Source: Octopus sinensis (Eukaryota). From it: DNA of 64,000 nucleotides. The stretch spans positions 151,590,001 to 151,654,000 of the forward strand of contig NC_043000.1 of the NCBI RefSeq assembly GCF_006345805.1, given 5' to 3'. Made by a program: the position numbers and the translations under genes. The notes under the pieces were generated by a model. It was not told the DNA's origin and searched no databases. It worked only from the letters and a program-made list of their open reading frames with translations. Positions 45,003 through 56,584 of this stretch are shown piece by piece. Position 1 is the first letter of the stretch, and every line of letters begins with the position of its first letter.

Positions 45003-45398
45003 ATCTTTATATATAAAAGTGAGGTTGTGTGCTGTCTGTCTCCTACGATTTAGATTCCTAACTACTCCCACATTTTGCGGTGCAGTTTAACCAAAACTGG
45101 GTATCTTATAGTCGTGATTCATATCGAGCCCTTCTGGGTATTAGCGCGCATCTACGATGAGTCTACGATTTTAAAAAAAAATTACCATCAATTTTTCCCA
45201 TTTTTAATGCATTTTTGGCATATATAAGGGAAGTAACTCTCTAAAAGTTTATTATTAAATCTCAGAACATAAAAAGCTACAGTACCCCCCCCTGTGTGGT
45301 TAACCATATTGAGATGGCTATTATACTTTACATCTCTAAAAATGCTTATATAGTTATTTCCCTTACAAACCCGAGCAACACCGGGCGATACTGCTAGC
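45003..45398 (+). mobile_element. Non-autonomous Helitron-like element
   Basis: atctttatatataaaag ... gagcaacaccgggcgatactgctag; carries about 110 bp of extra interior sequence relative to the 38989 copy. Confidence 0.7.
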
Positions 45399-45634
45399 AG
45401 AATTATAAATTAGAGATTTTAAAGAGTTCAAGATAACTCGTAATTAATCAGTAACATGAATACAAATCACAGGATATATACACTTTATTTATTTCATATT
45501 GCAATTTGTGAACAATAGCATTGTTGTTTACAGCTTTGCAACAGGCCAATGACTGGTTCATGGCATTTCTAACAACAGGGGTACCAAGGAAGTATTATCA
45601 GGTGCTTTTCTGTTCTTTTCTTATTTTGATTCAC

Positions 45635-46033
45635 ATCATCATCATCATCGTTTAACGTCGGCTTTCCATGTTAGCATGGGTTGGACGGTTCGACCGGGGA
45701 TCTGGGAAGCCAGAAGGCTGCACCAGGCTCCGGTCTTATCTGGCAATGTTTCTACAGCTGGATGCCCTTCCTAACGCCAACCACTCTGTGAGTGTAGTGG
45801 GTGCTTTTTACGTGCCACCGACACAGGTGCCAGACGAGGCTTGTGAACGGCCACGCTCGGATGGTGCTTTTTACGTGCCACCGGCACGGAGGCCAGGCGA
45901 GGCTGGCACAGCCCACGACGATCGGATGGTGTTTTTTACGTGCCACCGGCACAGAGGCCAGGCGAGGCTGGCACAGCCCATGACGATCGGATGGTGTTTG
46001 TTACGTGCCACCAGTACGGAGGCCAGTCGATGC
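45635..46033 (-). mobile_element. Family B element
   Basis: Core and 4 VNTR units; explains the 179-aa ORF 45668-46207. Confidence 0.8.
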
Positions 46034-47464
46034 AGTACTGGCTACGGCCACGTTGTTAATATCTTTAGTGATATGTATCCTAGTTATAAGACAACCAACT
46101 TGCTACTTATGCAGGTCCATTTTACTATTCCCCTTATCTGTGGTATTTTGGCTTTAATCCTCTTTTCAGACAAGGTTAAAAATTCAGAAAGAATGAGCAA
46201 ACCATAAAAACAATGGCTCAACTAATTAAAATCTAAAAATAAAGCATGACAAAACACACTGACATTGCTTCACAAACAAAAAAGTGTTTCCAGCTGAAAA
46301 AATAAGGTGTGTGGGAAAATGTCTGTTCTATAATTTCACATAAGTCAATGACAAACGACTGAAATTTCATTATTTCATCCTCCACATCTGTCGGGAATTT
46401 TTATGCAATGCATGTCTGCTGACTGAGAGGCAATTCGTGTCAGTTCATAAAGCAAGCACTGCAGCTATATGACATTTTAAATTAGCTTTATCCCAGTTCC
46501 TCAGCAATTAACAGAGTGTGGGAGCAAACAGTTGCATGTGTAACAATATGGCCATTAGAACGAAGTTCTAAAACCCTCTCCTTAGGTTTTGTTTCCATTT
46601 CCTCATAAGGAGCCAATATAACTCAGTTTTTTTTTGTATGTTTGTTTTTCCAAAGCGTGTGTTGAGGTATTTCTGAATGTGTCTTCTTTTGAACTCAGTC
46701 TCTTAGTATTTCTCTGCAATACCAAGTTCATGTTTCTCTGAGCAGTCCAAGTTTTGTTTAGCAGTTTCCCAGTATGGTCATAGCCCCAGGCTGAAACCAA
46801 TTAAAGAATTAAAGAGCCATCAGTTACTTTCAGCTTGGGCTTTTGCATCATAGAAGTTCCATTTTTCTATTCTTTGGCATGGTGTAGGGGTATATTACTT
46901 AAACCTTATGAATCATTGGTGCAATATAAAAAGTGCCCAGTACACTCTGTAAAATGACTGGCAGTAGGAAGGGCATCCAGCCGTAGAAAGCATACCAAGG
47001 CAGGAAGTAGAGCTTAGTGCAATCATCTAGCTTGTCAGCCCTTGTCAAACCATCCATCCCATGCCAACATGAAAAGTGGCTGTAAAATGATAAAGACAGT
47101 AGTGATGATAATGAAGAACAATGATTATATTTTATTGACTAATGATGATTGCAAATTTAAAGTATAAAAACTTCATTATAATTTTATTATAACTCAGTTG
47201 TCATGAGTGACTTCAAAGTTTGTCTATTAGCAATTCACAGTGAACATAATCTTAGCCACACATACATTTCTTGATGCAAGTTTACATTATCCAATCATTT
47301 CTTGAAAAGGGACAACCCCTGCCCATTTCCTTGAAAAAGTTACATCTGACTGGTAAACCTTGTTTGTAAGACAAACCTCCTATATCCAGAATCTTAATCA
47401 GACAGAAAACCTCCCACCTTATAAGCAGGAACATGTGATACATGTGTGTATGTGTGTGTGTATG

Positions 47465-47735
47465 TATATATAAGAATATTTCAATGGGTGAATGAATTAT
47501 CCTATGTTTACCGTTAACATGGAAAATTCAATGAACTGTTACCAGGGTAGCAAATTCACGTAATTGTTATAATGCCTTGTTGTTGAGAGAGGCTCTCTTT
47601 CTTTCCTGATGAGAAAATTGCATTTTACACCGTTTATTTCTTTGGAATAAAGCCATGTTGTCTTCGAAACATATGTCGAAAGTAAAAGAATTTTATTAGC
47701 ATCTTCGTTCAACTCCATTTATTTATTTATTTATA
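47465..47735 (+). mobile_element. Penelope-like terminal repeat fragment hosting the hammerhead
   Basis: Homologous to 55160-55545 (gaatgaattatcc...catggaaaattcaat...ttcgttcaactccatttattt). Family assignment is inferred from the hammerhead and the inverted terminal duplication. Confidence 0.55.
47601..47682 (+). ncRNA. Type I hammerhead ribozyme motif (Penelope-like), core intact
   Basis: ctttc-CTGATGA-gaa..(53 nt)..ttc-GAAA-catatg-TC-gaaag. Helix I is ctttc/gaaag, helix III is the palindrome ACATATGT, and the predicted GUC cleavage site is after 47677. Confidence 0.7.
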
Positions 47736-47790
47736 TTTATATATATATATACTGGCTCATACACATATATACAGCAGGCTTCCACAAACA

Positions 47791-47920
47791 TCTAGTTCTT
47801 ATGGCTGACTCTGTTGAAGAACTAGAGAAACGATTCCAAACATGGAAGCAAAGTCTAGAATTAAGGTTCTTAAAAGTAACCCAGCAAAGACAAAATTTTA
47901 GCTAACAGGAAAGAAAACAG
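47791..47920 (+). mobile_element. RTE-like RT fragment
   Basis: Reads LVLMADSVEELEKRFQTWKQSLE, resembling the segment after the YADD motif. Confidence 0.5.
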
Positions 47921-48796
47921 GACTCTACTGCCATCTAAGAAGTAGTCATATTCAATATACATAAAAGGAATAGTTAGGGACTTTAAACTTATAACCAATA
48001 CAAGCAACATGTAGTCAATTCAAATAAACAAACAATTCAAAAAAAAAAGAGAGAAAAAGAAAAAAATGAATGTGAGGACATGCACAAGAAATATATTAAT
48101 TGGGCACTCAGTGAGGGAAGAGAGTTGTTAACATTTCAATCATAGCTCTTTGTCGGAAACAGTAAAGTCCAAAGAGAAAGAAGGAAAAATAAGGAAAGAT
48201 TGCCAACAGTCCACATGCGATTACATTTCTGAAGTGACACCCAAAAGACACAGTAGCATCTCAACCAGCCTATTCTTTATTGAGCATGACCACTTCCTAG
48301 TCAGCAGTTGTTGAGTTCTGTCTTCTTTAATTAAAACTTTTGTCTTTGCTAGAATTATTTGAAGGAATCTTTCAAAAGATTCAGTTATGAAAATTAGACC
48401 ATTAGCCTACAAAAATTCACACAGACTGCTGACCTTTAACTCCTTTCTTTGTGGATTAGATAACAAAATGAACAGGAAGGAGCCAAAAACCAAAGCTAGA
48501 CATTGCTAATTCTCACCATTCAGACAGTATTTTATACCTGGCCTGGCATTGCTCTCACAAACAATTCATCTATACTCAAATTTTTAGTGCCTATCCAGTT
48601 ACAGAGTATAGAACACTGTGAAGGCTCTCTTTCAAGTAAATAACTGTAAGATATAATGGCTTGCTCATTACCAAGAACCTATAACTGTCTCACTGAAGAG
48701 AATACGTGGTGACTGTATGATGCTTGTGTACAAAGTACAATATTGCAGAATAGTGAGACATAGGTACTGAATCTGGAGGATATATGAAAGCCAAAA

Positions 48797-49118
48797 GTGG
48801 CTGTGTGGTAAGTAGCTTGCTAACCAACAACATGGTTCTGGGTTCAGTCCCACTGCGTGGCACCTTGGGCAAGTGTCTTCTACTATAGCCTTGGGCCGAC
48901 CAATGCCTTGTGAGTGGATTTGGTAGACGGAAACTGAAAGAAGCCTGTCGTATATATGTATGTGTGTGTGTGTTTGTCCTCCTAGCATTGCTTGACAACC
49001 GATAGAATAAGTACTGGGCTTACAAAGAATAAGTCCCAGGGTCGATTTGCTCGACTAAAGGCGGTGCTCCAGCATGGCCGCAGTCAAATGACTGAAACAA
49101 GTAAAAGAGTAAAAGAGT
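48797..49118 (+). mobile_element. SINE family A
   Basis: Copy with an internal deletion. Confidence 0.8.
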
Positions 49119-50105
49119 AATACTCCACTGAATATGCAACGTCAGTATGCATGAATGAAGGAGTACCACTGGACCAAGATTGAAAAAGGGCTTGAGAGGA
49201 ATCAGCTGAAGTATAAAAGGCAAAAGACTGCACTGGCACCGATATGTAATGCAAATGATGAATGATAGTCAGGTGAATAATATCCAAGTGGAAGGAGGAT
49301 GCAAAAGGTGGGAAGAAATGGGGGAAGAAATGGAGTCGGCTTATCTCAGGATGCTAAATTTTTCAAAGATGATAAAGGGTTGTAACAAGTGATGAGATGT
49401 AGTGCTGCAGAAAACCCAGGAGGATTAAGATAAATTATTAAATAGTTTAGAGCACAAGTAAATCCAAATTTCTGTTTTTTTTTTTTTTTTTTTTTGAAAA
49501 TCATAGTATGAATAATATGATAAACAACTGTGATTAACTGTCGGTAAACTATAAGATAAAGTACAAATTAAATCTAAAGAAACTAAATGTTCCTTTCTCC
49601 ACCTGCACAAAAAAAAAAAAAATTCAGAAAGAAACTTAGGGGAAAAAAATGTAAATTTTCTAATAATTCCATTAAAATAAAATCAATTTCAAAAGGTGAG
49701 CTGATAATTTACTTGAATTTGAATGGTTTTTAAAAGATTTTCTATTTGTCTTTTAGTAAGGCATGTAAAATACTGAATAAGCATAAACTAGACATAAATT
49801 ATATGTTTAATAGCATGAAAAAGCAAAACAGATGAATGAGAAATATTGACTAAATTTTAATAGGTAATAAATCATGTCTTTAATGTATTAGGTCAGTGCA
49901 ACATCACTAAAGATATTTATCTTTAAGTACTATGTCAAGGACAACACATAAGCTTAATTGAGTCCATCTTCTTCCAAGCTATCAAACATAACTAAACTGA
50001 CATATGCGAAGCCGGTCATTTAAAGGTGGAAGAATAAGAAGTCGTGATAGATGTACTTTTCCAAAGAATGTTTGCAACATAAGCAAGACGCATCATTACT
50101 CTTAC

Positions 50106-50154
50106 AGCACTGAGATTGGGTTGCTGATGTGGTAGGCAGAAAACTTATCGCCAT
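50106..50154 (-). CDS. Candidate first coding exon of KATNB1-like gene (MAISFLPTTSATQSQC)
   Basis: ATG in cagaATGG context (A at -3, G at +4); donor gtaaga; ends in phase 1, compatible with the exon at 38887. No recognisable homology; an alternative exists at 42593-42563. Confidence 0.45.
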
Positions 50155-50722
50155 TCTGCAGCGTTTGTATAAGCAAACTGTAATCTATATAGACATTGTA
50201 GAAATTAGTCAACCAACCAATTCATTAATAATTCAGAACCAAAAGAAAAGTCAAGTTAATATATTAGTCTACTAACTCCTAGTAAACGGTAGATCATAGC
50301 ATCATTTTCCTGGCAATGTTTCTTTAAATATTTAATTTATTCAGCTCCAGCTATTAGCTATTGAGATGTTGTGTGCATGTGTGAGTATGTGTGTACATGT
50401 ATGTGAGTGTGAGCATGCATGCATTTATTTATACGATAGAACCTTTCCAATAAACACAGAATGACATTTGTAAACAATGCGCACACCATCGAGATATAAA
50501 AAAAAAAAAACGAATACAGTAAATGGCAGCTATTAATCTAAATGATGGAGCAAATCAATAGCAAACTGCTGGATTAAGCCATATGCGGCAACGAGATATC
50601 AACATAATGTAACTATACGCAACCAAGATAATTTATCACAATGGTAATAGAGATTTTATCGTGGTCCAACAATTATCAGAAGAACCTATAATGGTCAAAA
50701 TATCTATAATATTTGCACAAGT

Positions 50723-50736
50723 GCAGTAGAGGGCAC
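50723..50736 (+). promoter_or_regulatory. CTCF-like motif upstream of the candidate KATNB1 start
   Basis: GCAGTAGAGGGCAC matches CCASYAGRKGGCRS at 13 of 14 positions. Confidence 0.3.
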
Positions 50737-51153
50737 CCAATGAATGAAGATCAGCTTCTAATTTTCAGTGGCAGCTGCTCCATGTGATATTACTAAAGTG
50801 CTTAGAAAAACATAAATGTCACGTCTGTTTCCTCTATTCTGTAAACCAGAGGCTTTGTGCCAAGTTAAAAGCAACTAATACAGTTTTTTATGTTGACATT
50901 AAATGCGAAACCAAGCGTGGCATAATTGCTTTTCCCTTTTTTTTTTTTTTGCAGACCCAGAGAGAAATTGCAATGCCACACAGAAAGCTACTTGTATTGC
51001 TTTATGCTGAGAGCCATAAAATTAACAGTACTTATTTACAGCTAGATCATGATCATTGAGTGTTGAGTCACTTCTTCAGAGGCAAATACTGAAACATATC
51101 CTGGCTGGACATGAACCCATCAACCATTTGGTCACTAGATCAATACTCTAATG

Positions 51154-51372
51154 CAGTGCTTTTCAAACTTTTTGCTGGAGCGGAACCCCAAGGAAGCATT
51201 CCACTGGCTCGAGGAACCCCTGTGCAATAATTTAATAGTCTTATGCAGACATATCTGCACAGGAGATTTAAAAATTACTGCCGATTTTAGCAGTTTTGTA
51301 ACTTCTTGCGGAACCCCTGGACTGTACTGGCGGAACCCTAAGGTTCCGCGGAACACTGGTTGAAAACCACTG
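51154..51372. mobile_element. hAT-type MITE with perfect 8-bp TSD
   Basis: TIRs cagtgcttttcaaac / gttgaaaaccactg; ctctaatg at 51146-51153 and 51373-51380. Confidence 0.85.
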
Positions 51373-53662
51373 CTCTAATGACACACTGACACAACTGGAC
51401 AAGTAAACCAGTGCTCTCATGACAATTGCCTACAACATTTATAGGTATTAATTACAAAGAGGAAGTGAGAAAAAGTTAAATAAAACCTATTTCTCAATTC
51501 CATTTTAGCGTTACTTCACTATCTACTAAAGGTGATAGGATGACAAAACAAGAGCTCTGGAATTGGTACTTATTTTGCAAAGTTCAAATCCTGCCCGACT
51601 GGAATTAAACTAATCAGCAGTTCCATTAACCCTTTCATTACCAAACTGGCTCTGGCTCTTTAGTATAAATATCTTGTTTTCATAAGTTTTGAATTCAAAT
51701 CTTCCACCATATCTTAGTCATAATTTATGTTCTTAACACTAGCTCAATGATAACGATGTTATTTTACTAAATTCTTCATTATATTTAAAATAATTGGAAG
51801 AAACACAGAGTATCTTAAAATAAATACAGTAATGAAAGTCACTTTACACAAAGATAAGAAATCATTTGGTTAATCACTTATGTAATGTTTATCACTATGG
51901 TACTGTTGTATTAGTTTGGTGAGGATACATATTGTTTATATTGAACTATATTGCTATGTGTTAAAACATAGCAATTTCTATAGATGCTGATAATATATAA
52001 CAAAGATCTCAGTTATGGTATTTATAATATTCTTTTTATTAGTGTCCTTTGATATTTTAACTACACAAGAGGATTATAACTTTGGTGCCAAGAAACAATA
52101 AACTACTCTGAACAAATATACTTATGTATCACAATACACAAGTATTGCAGACATTGCTTGGGATTGTGGGTGTCTGTGTGTGAAGGAAAGAGAAAGTGTG
52201 AGAAAGACAGTTGAACTTATTCATATTGATATGTGAATTTTACAACCTTCATTATAACACTGGTACTTCCATTATGCCTTTCATTGGAAAACTGTTGCCC
52301 ATAACTAAGTGCAGGCATGGCTGTATGGTTAACAAGTTCACTTTGCAACCATGAGGTCTTGGGTTCAGTGCTATGCACAGCACATTTGGTAAATATCTTC
52401 TACTAATGCCTTGGGGTAAACCAACTGTCTCATGAGTGGAACTGATAAAAACATGAAATGTGTGTGTGTGTACGTACATACACACACAAATAGTGTATGT
52501 GCACACCGATACACACGCACATATATACATACACACTCACACATATATATATATTAGAGTGTGTGCACTTATATACATAGATCATTTTTACTGAATGTGT
52601 ACTCTTCCTATATGAGAAATTGCTTTACTTTTCTGTGTAAGAAAATTAGAGCATTTGCCATTTGCATGATTAGTCTTCACCAGAACAGATATTTTAGAGC
52701 TATTTTCATTTCTAATTCATACAAAGATTTCACTATATTTCCATTCAGCTATTAACCTTGTACTGAAGTATGGGAAATCCAATTATCACACTGTTACTCC
52801 ACAAAATAAAGGGTGGATTGAATAGAACAGAGAATACAAGACTGATACAGGATTGCTGTTGGCTATGATACTGTGTCTTGTCTGAGAATGTCTCCCAGAT
52901 GTCACGACCTAGAATTCAGCAGTCATCAAAGTAACTGGAGTTAATAGTTAGCATTTCTATAACCTTTTTTTGCCAACACATTAGATAAATTACTATAATT
53001 ATAATAATGCCTACTTTTAAGGAATAATACAGTGGTTAGTGACAAGATCTAAGCTGTTAACATTTTTCCTGGTTGGTCACTACATCACTAGAATTTATTG
53101 ACTTAATTTCCAACAAAATGATTATTCTATGAGCTAATGGTAATTAACAATTCTTCCATGACAGTATAAATTACATAGTTTTTCATACTCAAAAGTTTGC
53201 TGGGTTTGTAAGAGAACCAACTATTTTTACAGCCAGCTGCTTTATCTTAACATCAACAAGTAAACAGTGAAGGACTCCACCGTACAGCCCAAGGGTTCAC
53301 TCAAGTGTAAGCAGAATCCCCAGGAATTCTAGTTCATTCCTCTTTGTCCCCAACACCAACTTCAGAGGCTCTAAAATAAAGTCATAGGAACAGTCCTTTC
53401 TTCTCTGAATATGTCATGACGCCTGCTCCCCCCAAAATAGGCACACTGAATCCAAATATTCCCCTGCATTTACCCTTGCTATGTCACATCTTTCAAGTGA
53501 AAACAACAGCCGAACAATCTGTTTCACCAAACTACACTAATCTGAAACTATAAGGGTTCAAATCACTGAAAGATCATTTATGTAACTGAACAACCTACTG
53601 GTAATAGCAGTCAAATTCCCTCTAATTACATCTGACCATCTTAAAACAGAATAATGCAGTCC

Positions 53663-54510
53663 TCATCATCATCATCATCCTCATTTAACATCCGCTTTCC
53701 ATGCTAGCATGGGTTGGACGGTTCAACTGGAGTCTGGGGAGCCCGAAGGCTGCACCAGGCCAGTCAGATCTGGCAGTGTTTCTACAGCTGGATGCCCTTC
53801 TAACGCCAACCACTCCGAGAGTGTAGTGGGTGATTTTATGTGCCACCGACACAGGTGCCAGACGAGGCTGGCGAACGGCCACGCTCGGATGGTGTTTTTT
53901 TTTTATGTGCCACCAACACAGGTGCCAGACGAGGCTGGCAGACGGCCACGCTCGGATGGTGTTTTTATGTGCCACCGACACAAGTGCCAGATGAGGCTGG
54001 CGAATGGCCACGATCGGATGGTGTTTGTTACGTGCCCACAGCACGGAGGCCAGTCGATGCGGTACTGGCTACGGCCACGTTCGGATGGTTTTCTTGTGTG
54101 CCACCGGCACTGGTACCACAAAGATACAAATTCCATTGATGTTCATCTATTTTGATTTGTTTGATTTTCACTTGCCTCAACAGGTCTTCACAAGTGTCAC
54201 ATACTTGCCTCAACAGGTCTTCACAAGTGTCATAAGAAGGAAGGTATGCACAGGTAGACTGACTACGTCCCAGGTAGGGGCCACGGGTTATGGCCTGACT
54301 AGTCTTGCCGGGTCTTTGGATGGTGTTTTTATGTGCCTCCAACACAGGTGCCAGATGAGGCTGGCGACGGCCACAATTGGATGGTGTTTGTTACGTGCCC
54401 ACAGCACGATGTGGTACTGGCTACCGCCACGTTCGGATGGTTTTCTTGTGTGCCACCGGCATTGGTACCACAAAGATACAAATTCCATTGATGTTCATCT
54501 ATTTTGATTT
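53663..54510 (-). mobile_element. Family B element with expanded VNTR and a local duplication
   Basis: Five or more VNTR units; segment about 54090-54160 recurs at about 54440-54510. Confidence 0.75.
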
Positions 54511-55069
54511 GTTTTGATTGGATTTGATTATGATTATGATTATGATTATTATTATTAGATATACAAAAATATAATGTGGCTAAATCTGGGGTGTTATTGA
54601 TAATAAATAGGTTGGTTCTATCAAGGATGAACTGCGACACAGCAAAAACGTCTTGTGTTCTATGTATTTTGTAAGTTATAAATTTCCAGGTTTTCATAAA
54701 GTATATCAAATATGCACACCTCTTCTTTCTTCAGGCCAGAAAGTATGGGCTTAACTTGAGGACACAGTGAGATAAAGTGATAAAAACTGACCATTAGCTT
54801 TATAGTACTGTACATAGTGCAATTAGATAAAAATGTCACATGCATGATGATGCATATTAATGTGTGCAACACACACATACACACAGGTGCAGACATGGCT
54901 ATGTGATCTCAGGTTCAGTCCCACATAAGGCACCTTGGGTAAGTGTCTTCTATTACAGCCCCAGACAAATCAAAGCCTTCTAGTTGGATTTGGTAAATAG
55001 AAACTGAAAGAAACGTGTTGTGTACATACATATACACACACACAGCACATGTGTATGTGTGTGTATGTA

Positions 55070-55124
<55 letters not shown>

Positions 55125-55159
55125 CACTCTTGCTAACAAATCATTAGTGTGCGTGTCTA

Positions 55160-55545
55160 TCTATTTATATATATATGGATGAATGAATTATCCTTTGTTT
55201 ACTGTTAACATGGAAAATTCAATAAACAGTTACCAGGGTAGCAAAATTCACACAAGTTACACGGATGAAGCGACCTATTCAAAGGTAGAAACTCCAGGTT
55301 AATGTGCAGTAATTTGTGTATTATAAGTAAATAAATGGAGTTGAACGAAGATGTTATTAAAATTCTTTTACTTTCGACATATGTTTCAAAGACAATATGT
55401 CTTGTTAAGATAGGCTCTCTTTCTTTCCTGATGAGAAAATTGCATTTTACACCGTTTATTCCTTTGGAATAACACCATGTCTTCGAAACATATGTCGAAA
55501 GTAAAAGAATTTTAATAACATCTTCGTTCAACTCCATTTATTTGC
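55160..55545 (+). mobile_element. Penelope-like terminal repeat fragment with partial inverted duplication
   Basis: 55329-55394 is the reverse complement of about 55478-55543; contains the hammerhead. Confidence 0.55.
55423..55501 (+). ncRNA. Type I hammerhead ribozyme motif (second copy), core intact
   Basis: Same architecture: CTGATGA 55428-55434, GAAA 55485-55488, catatgTC, then gaaag. Predicted cleavage after 55496. Confidence 0.7.
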
Positions 55546-55571
55546 TTATATATATATATATATATTACATA

Positions 55572-56476
55572 CAGGGTCATCTCATAAATAATGTGGTTTT
55601 TTTCAATTGCATGAACTAAAAGTCAGAGGGGAACAAGATAAACTACCTGCATCAACTTGCTATAAAAGCAGGTAGCAATTTTACCTTGCTTTTTATTCTT
55701 AGTGCAAGTTTTGAAGAGTGCAGTTTGATTTTAACAGTTATTTTTTACAAAGCTATAATGGAAGTGACAAAGGAGCATATTCAGTATATTTTGCTTTCTG
55801 AGTTCAATAAAGGCAACAACACAACAGTAAGTTCAAGGAATATTAATGCAGAATATGGGAATCAGACAATAAGCATAAGCCAGTGTCAACAGTGGTTCCG
55901 GAAATTCTGAGCTGGAAACTACAGCCTAGAAGAGGAGCCTCGTCCTGGAAGATTTGTAGAACTCAACAAGGACATCCTGCAAACCCCTGTGGAACAAAAT
56001 CCCATTATAACCATTGAGGAACTAGCAGAGAAGCTTGGATTCAGTCATTCAACCATTCATTGATACCGGCATGCCATTGGAAAAAAATCAGCAAATTGGG
56101 TCAATGAGTTCCTCACAAACTTTCCGAGTCTAATCGTGTGCAGAGAGTGAACGTGTGTCCTTCTTTGCTGTCAAAATCTCATGACTGAACCTTTTTTTGG
56201 ACCGAATAGTGACAGGTGATGAGAAATGGGTTCTCTACAAAGCACTGAAGACAGTGGGTAGGGAAAGGAGAAACACCAGTAGCCTAGGCTAAAGAAGGTC
56301 TTCATCCACATAAAGTGTTGTTATCTGTTTGGGATATGAACAGTTTAGTCCACTTTGAACTTTTAAACCCAAATCAAATGATAAGAAAGATCTACTGCAA
56401 GCAGCTTAAGTCAGTGCTAGAAGAAAAATTATCATCTTTGGTTTCAAGACAAAAGGTTTTCTTCCATCAGGATAAT
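55572..56476 (+). pseudogene. Decayed mariner transposase with left TIR, truncated at the HQDN motif
   Basis: ATG at 55758: MEVTKEHIQYILLSEFNKG...QWFRKF*AGNYSLEEEPRPGR..., LGQ*VPHKL, DRIVTGDEKWVLY, FFHQDN; has stops and frameshifts. TA-cagggtcatctc at 55570. Confidence 0.88.
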
Positions 56477-56584
56477 AGAGTCTGGTGCAGACTTCTGGCT
56501 CGCCAGCCCTCAGTCAAACTGTCCAACCCATGCCAGCATGGAAAGCTGGTGTTAAACGAAGATGATGATGAGGAGGAGGAATGC

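Noticed and set aside
45668-46207. 179-aa ORF and similar [12 protein letters not shown].../VPPAQVP... ORFs (7927, 21220, 34284, 36539, 53709, 62114)
   Set aside because: Chance read-through of the family B core and VNTR; the peptide recurs only because the DNA repeat recurs.
46560-46860. Possible LINE endonuclease relic on -
   Set aside because: Only vague motif resemblance with several stops; cannot be supported without a profile search.
52041-52100. Plus-strand acceptor followed by SFDILTTQEDYNFGAKKQ*
   Set aside because: Isolated short frame with no supporting upstream exons or homology.
53800-54130. CRISPR-like repeat-spacer appearance
   Set aside because: The spacers are diverged versions of one another, the array is part of a dispersed eukaryotic retroelement, and there are no cas genes.
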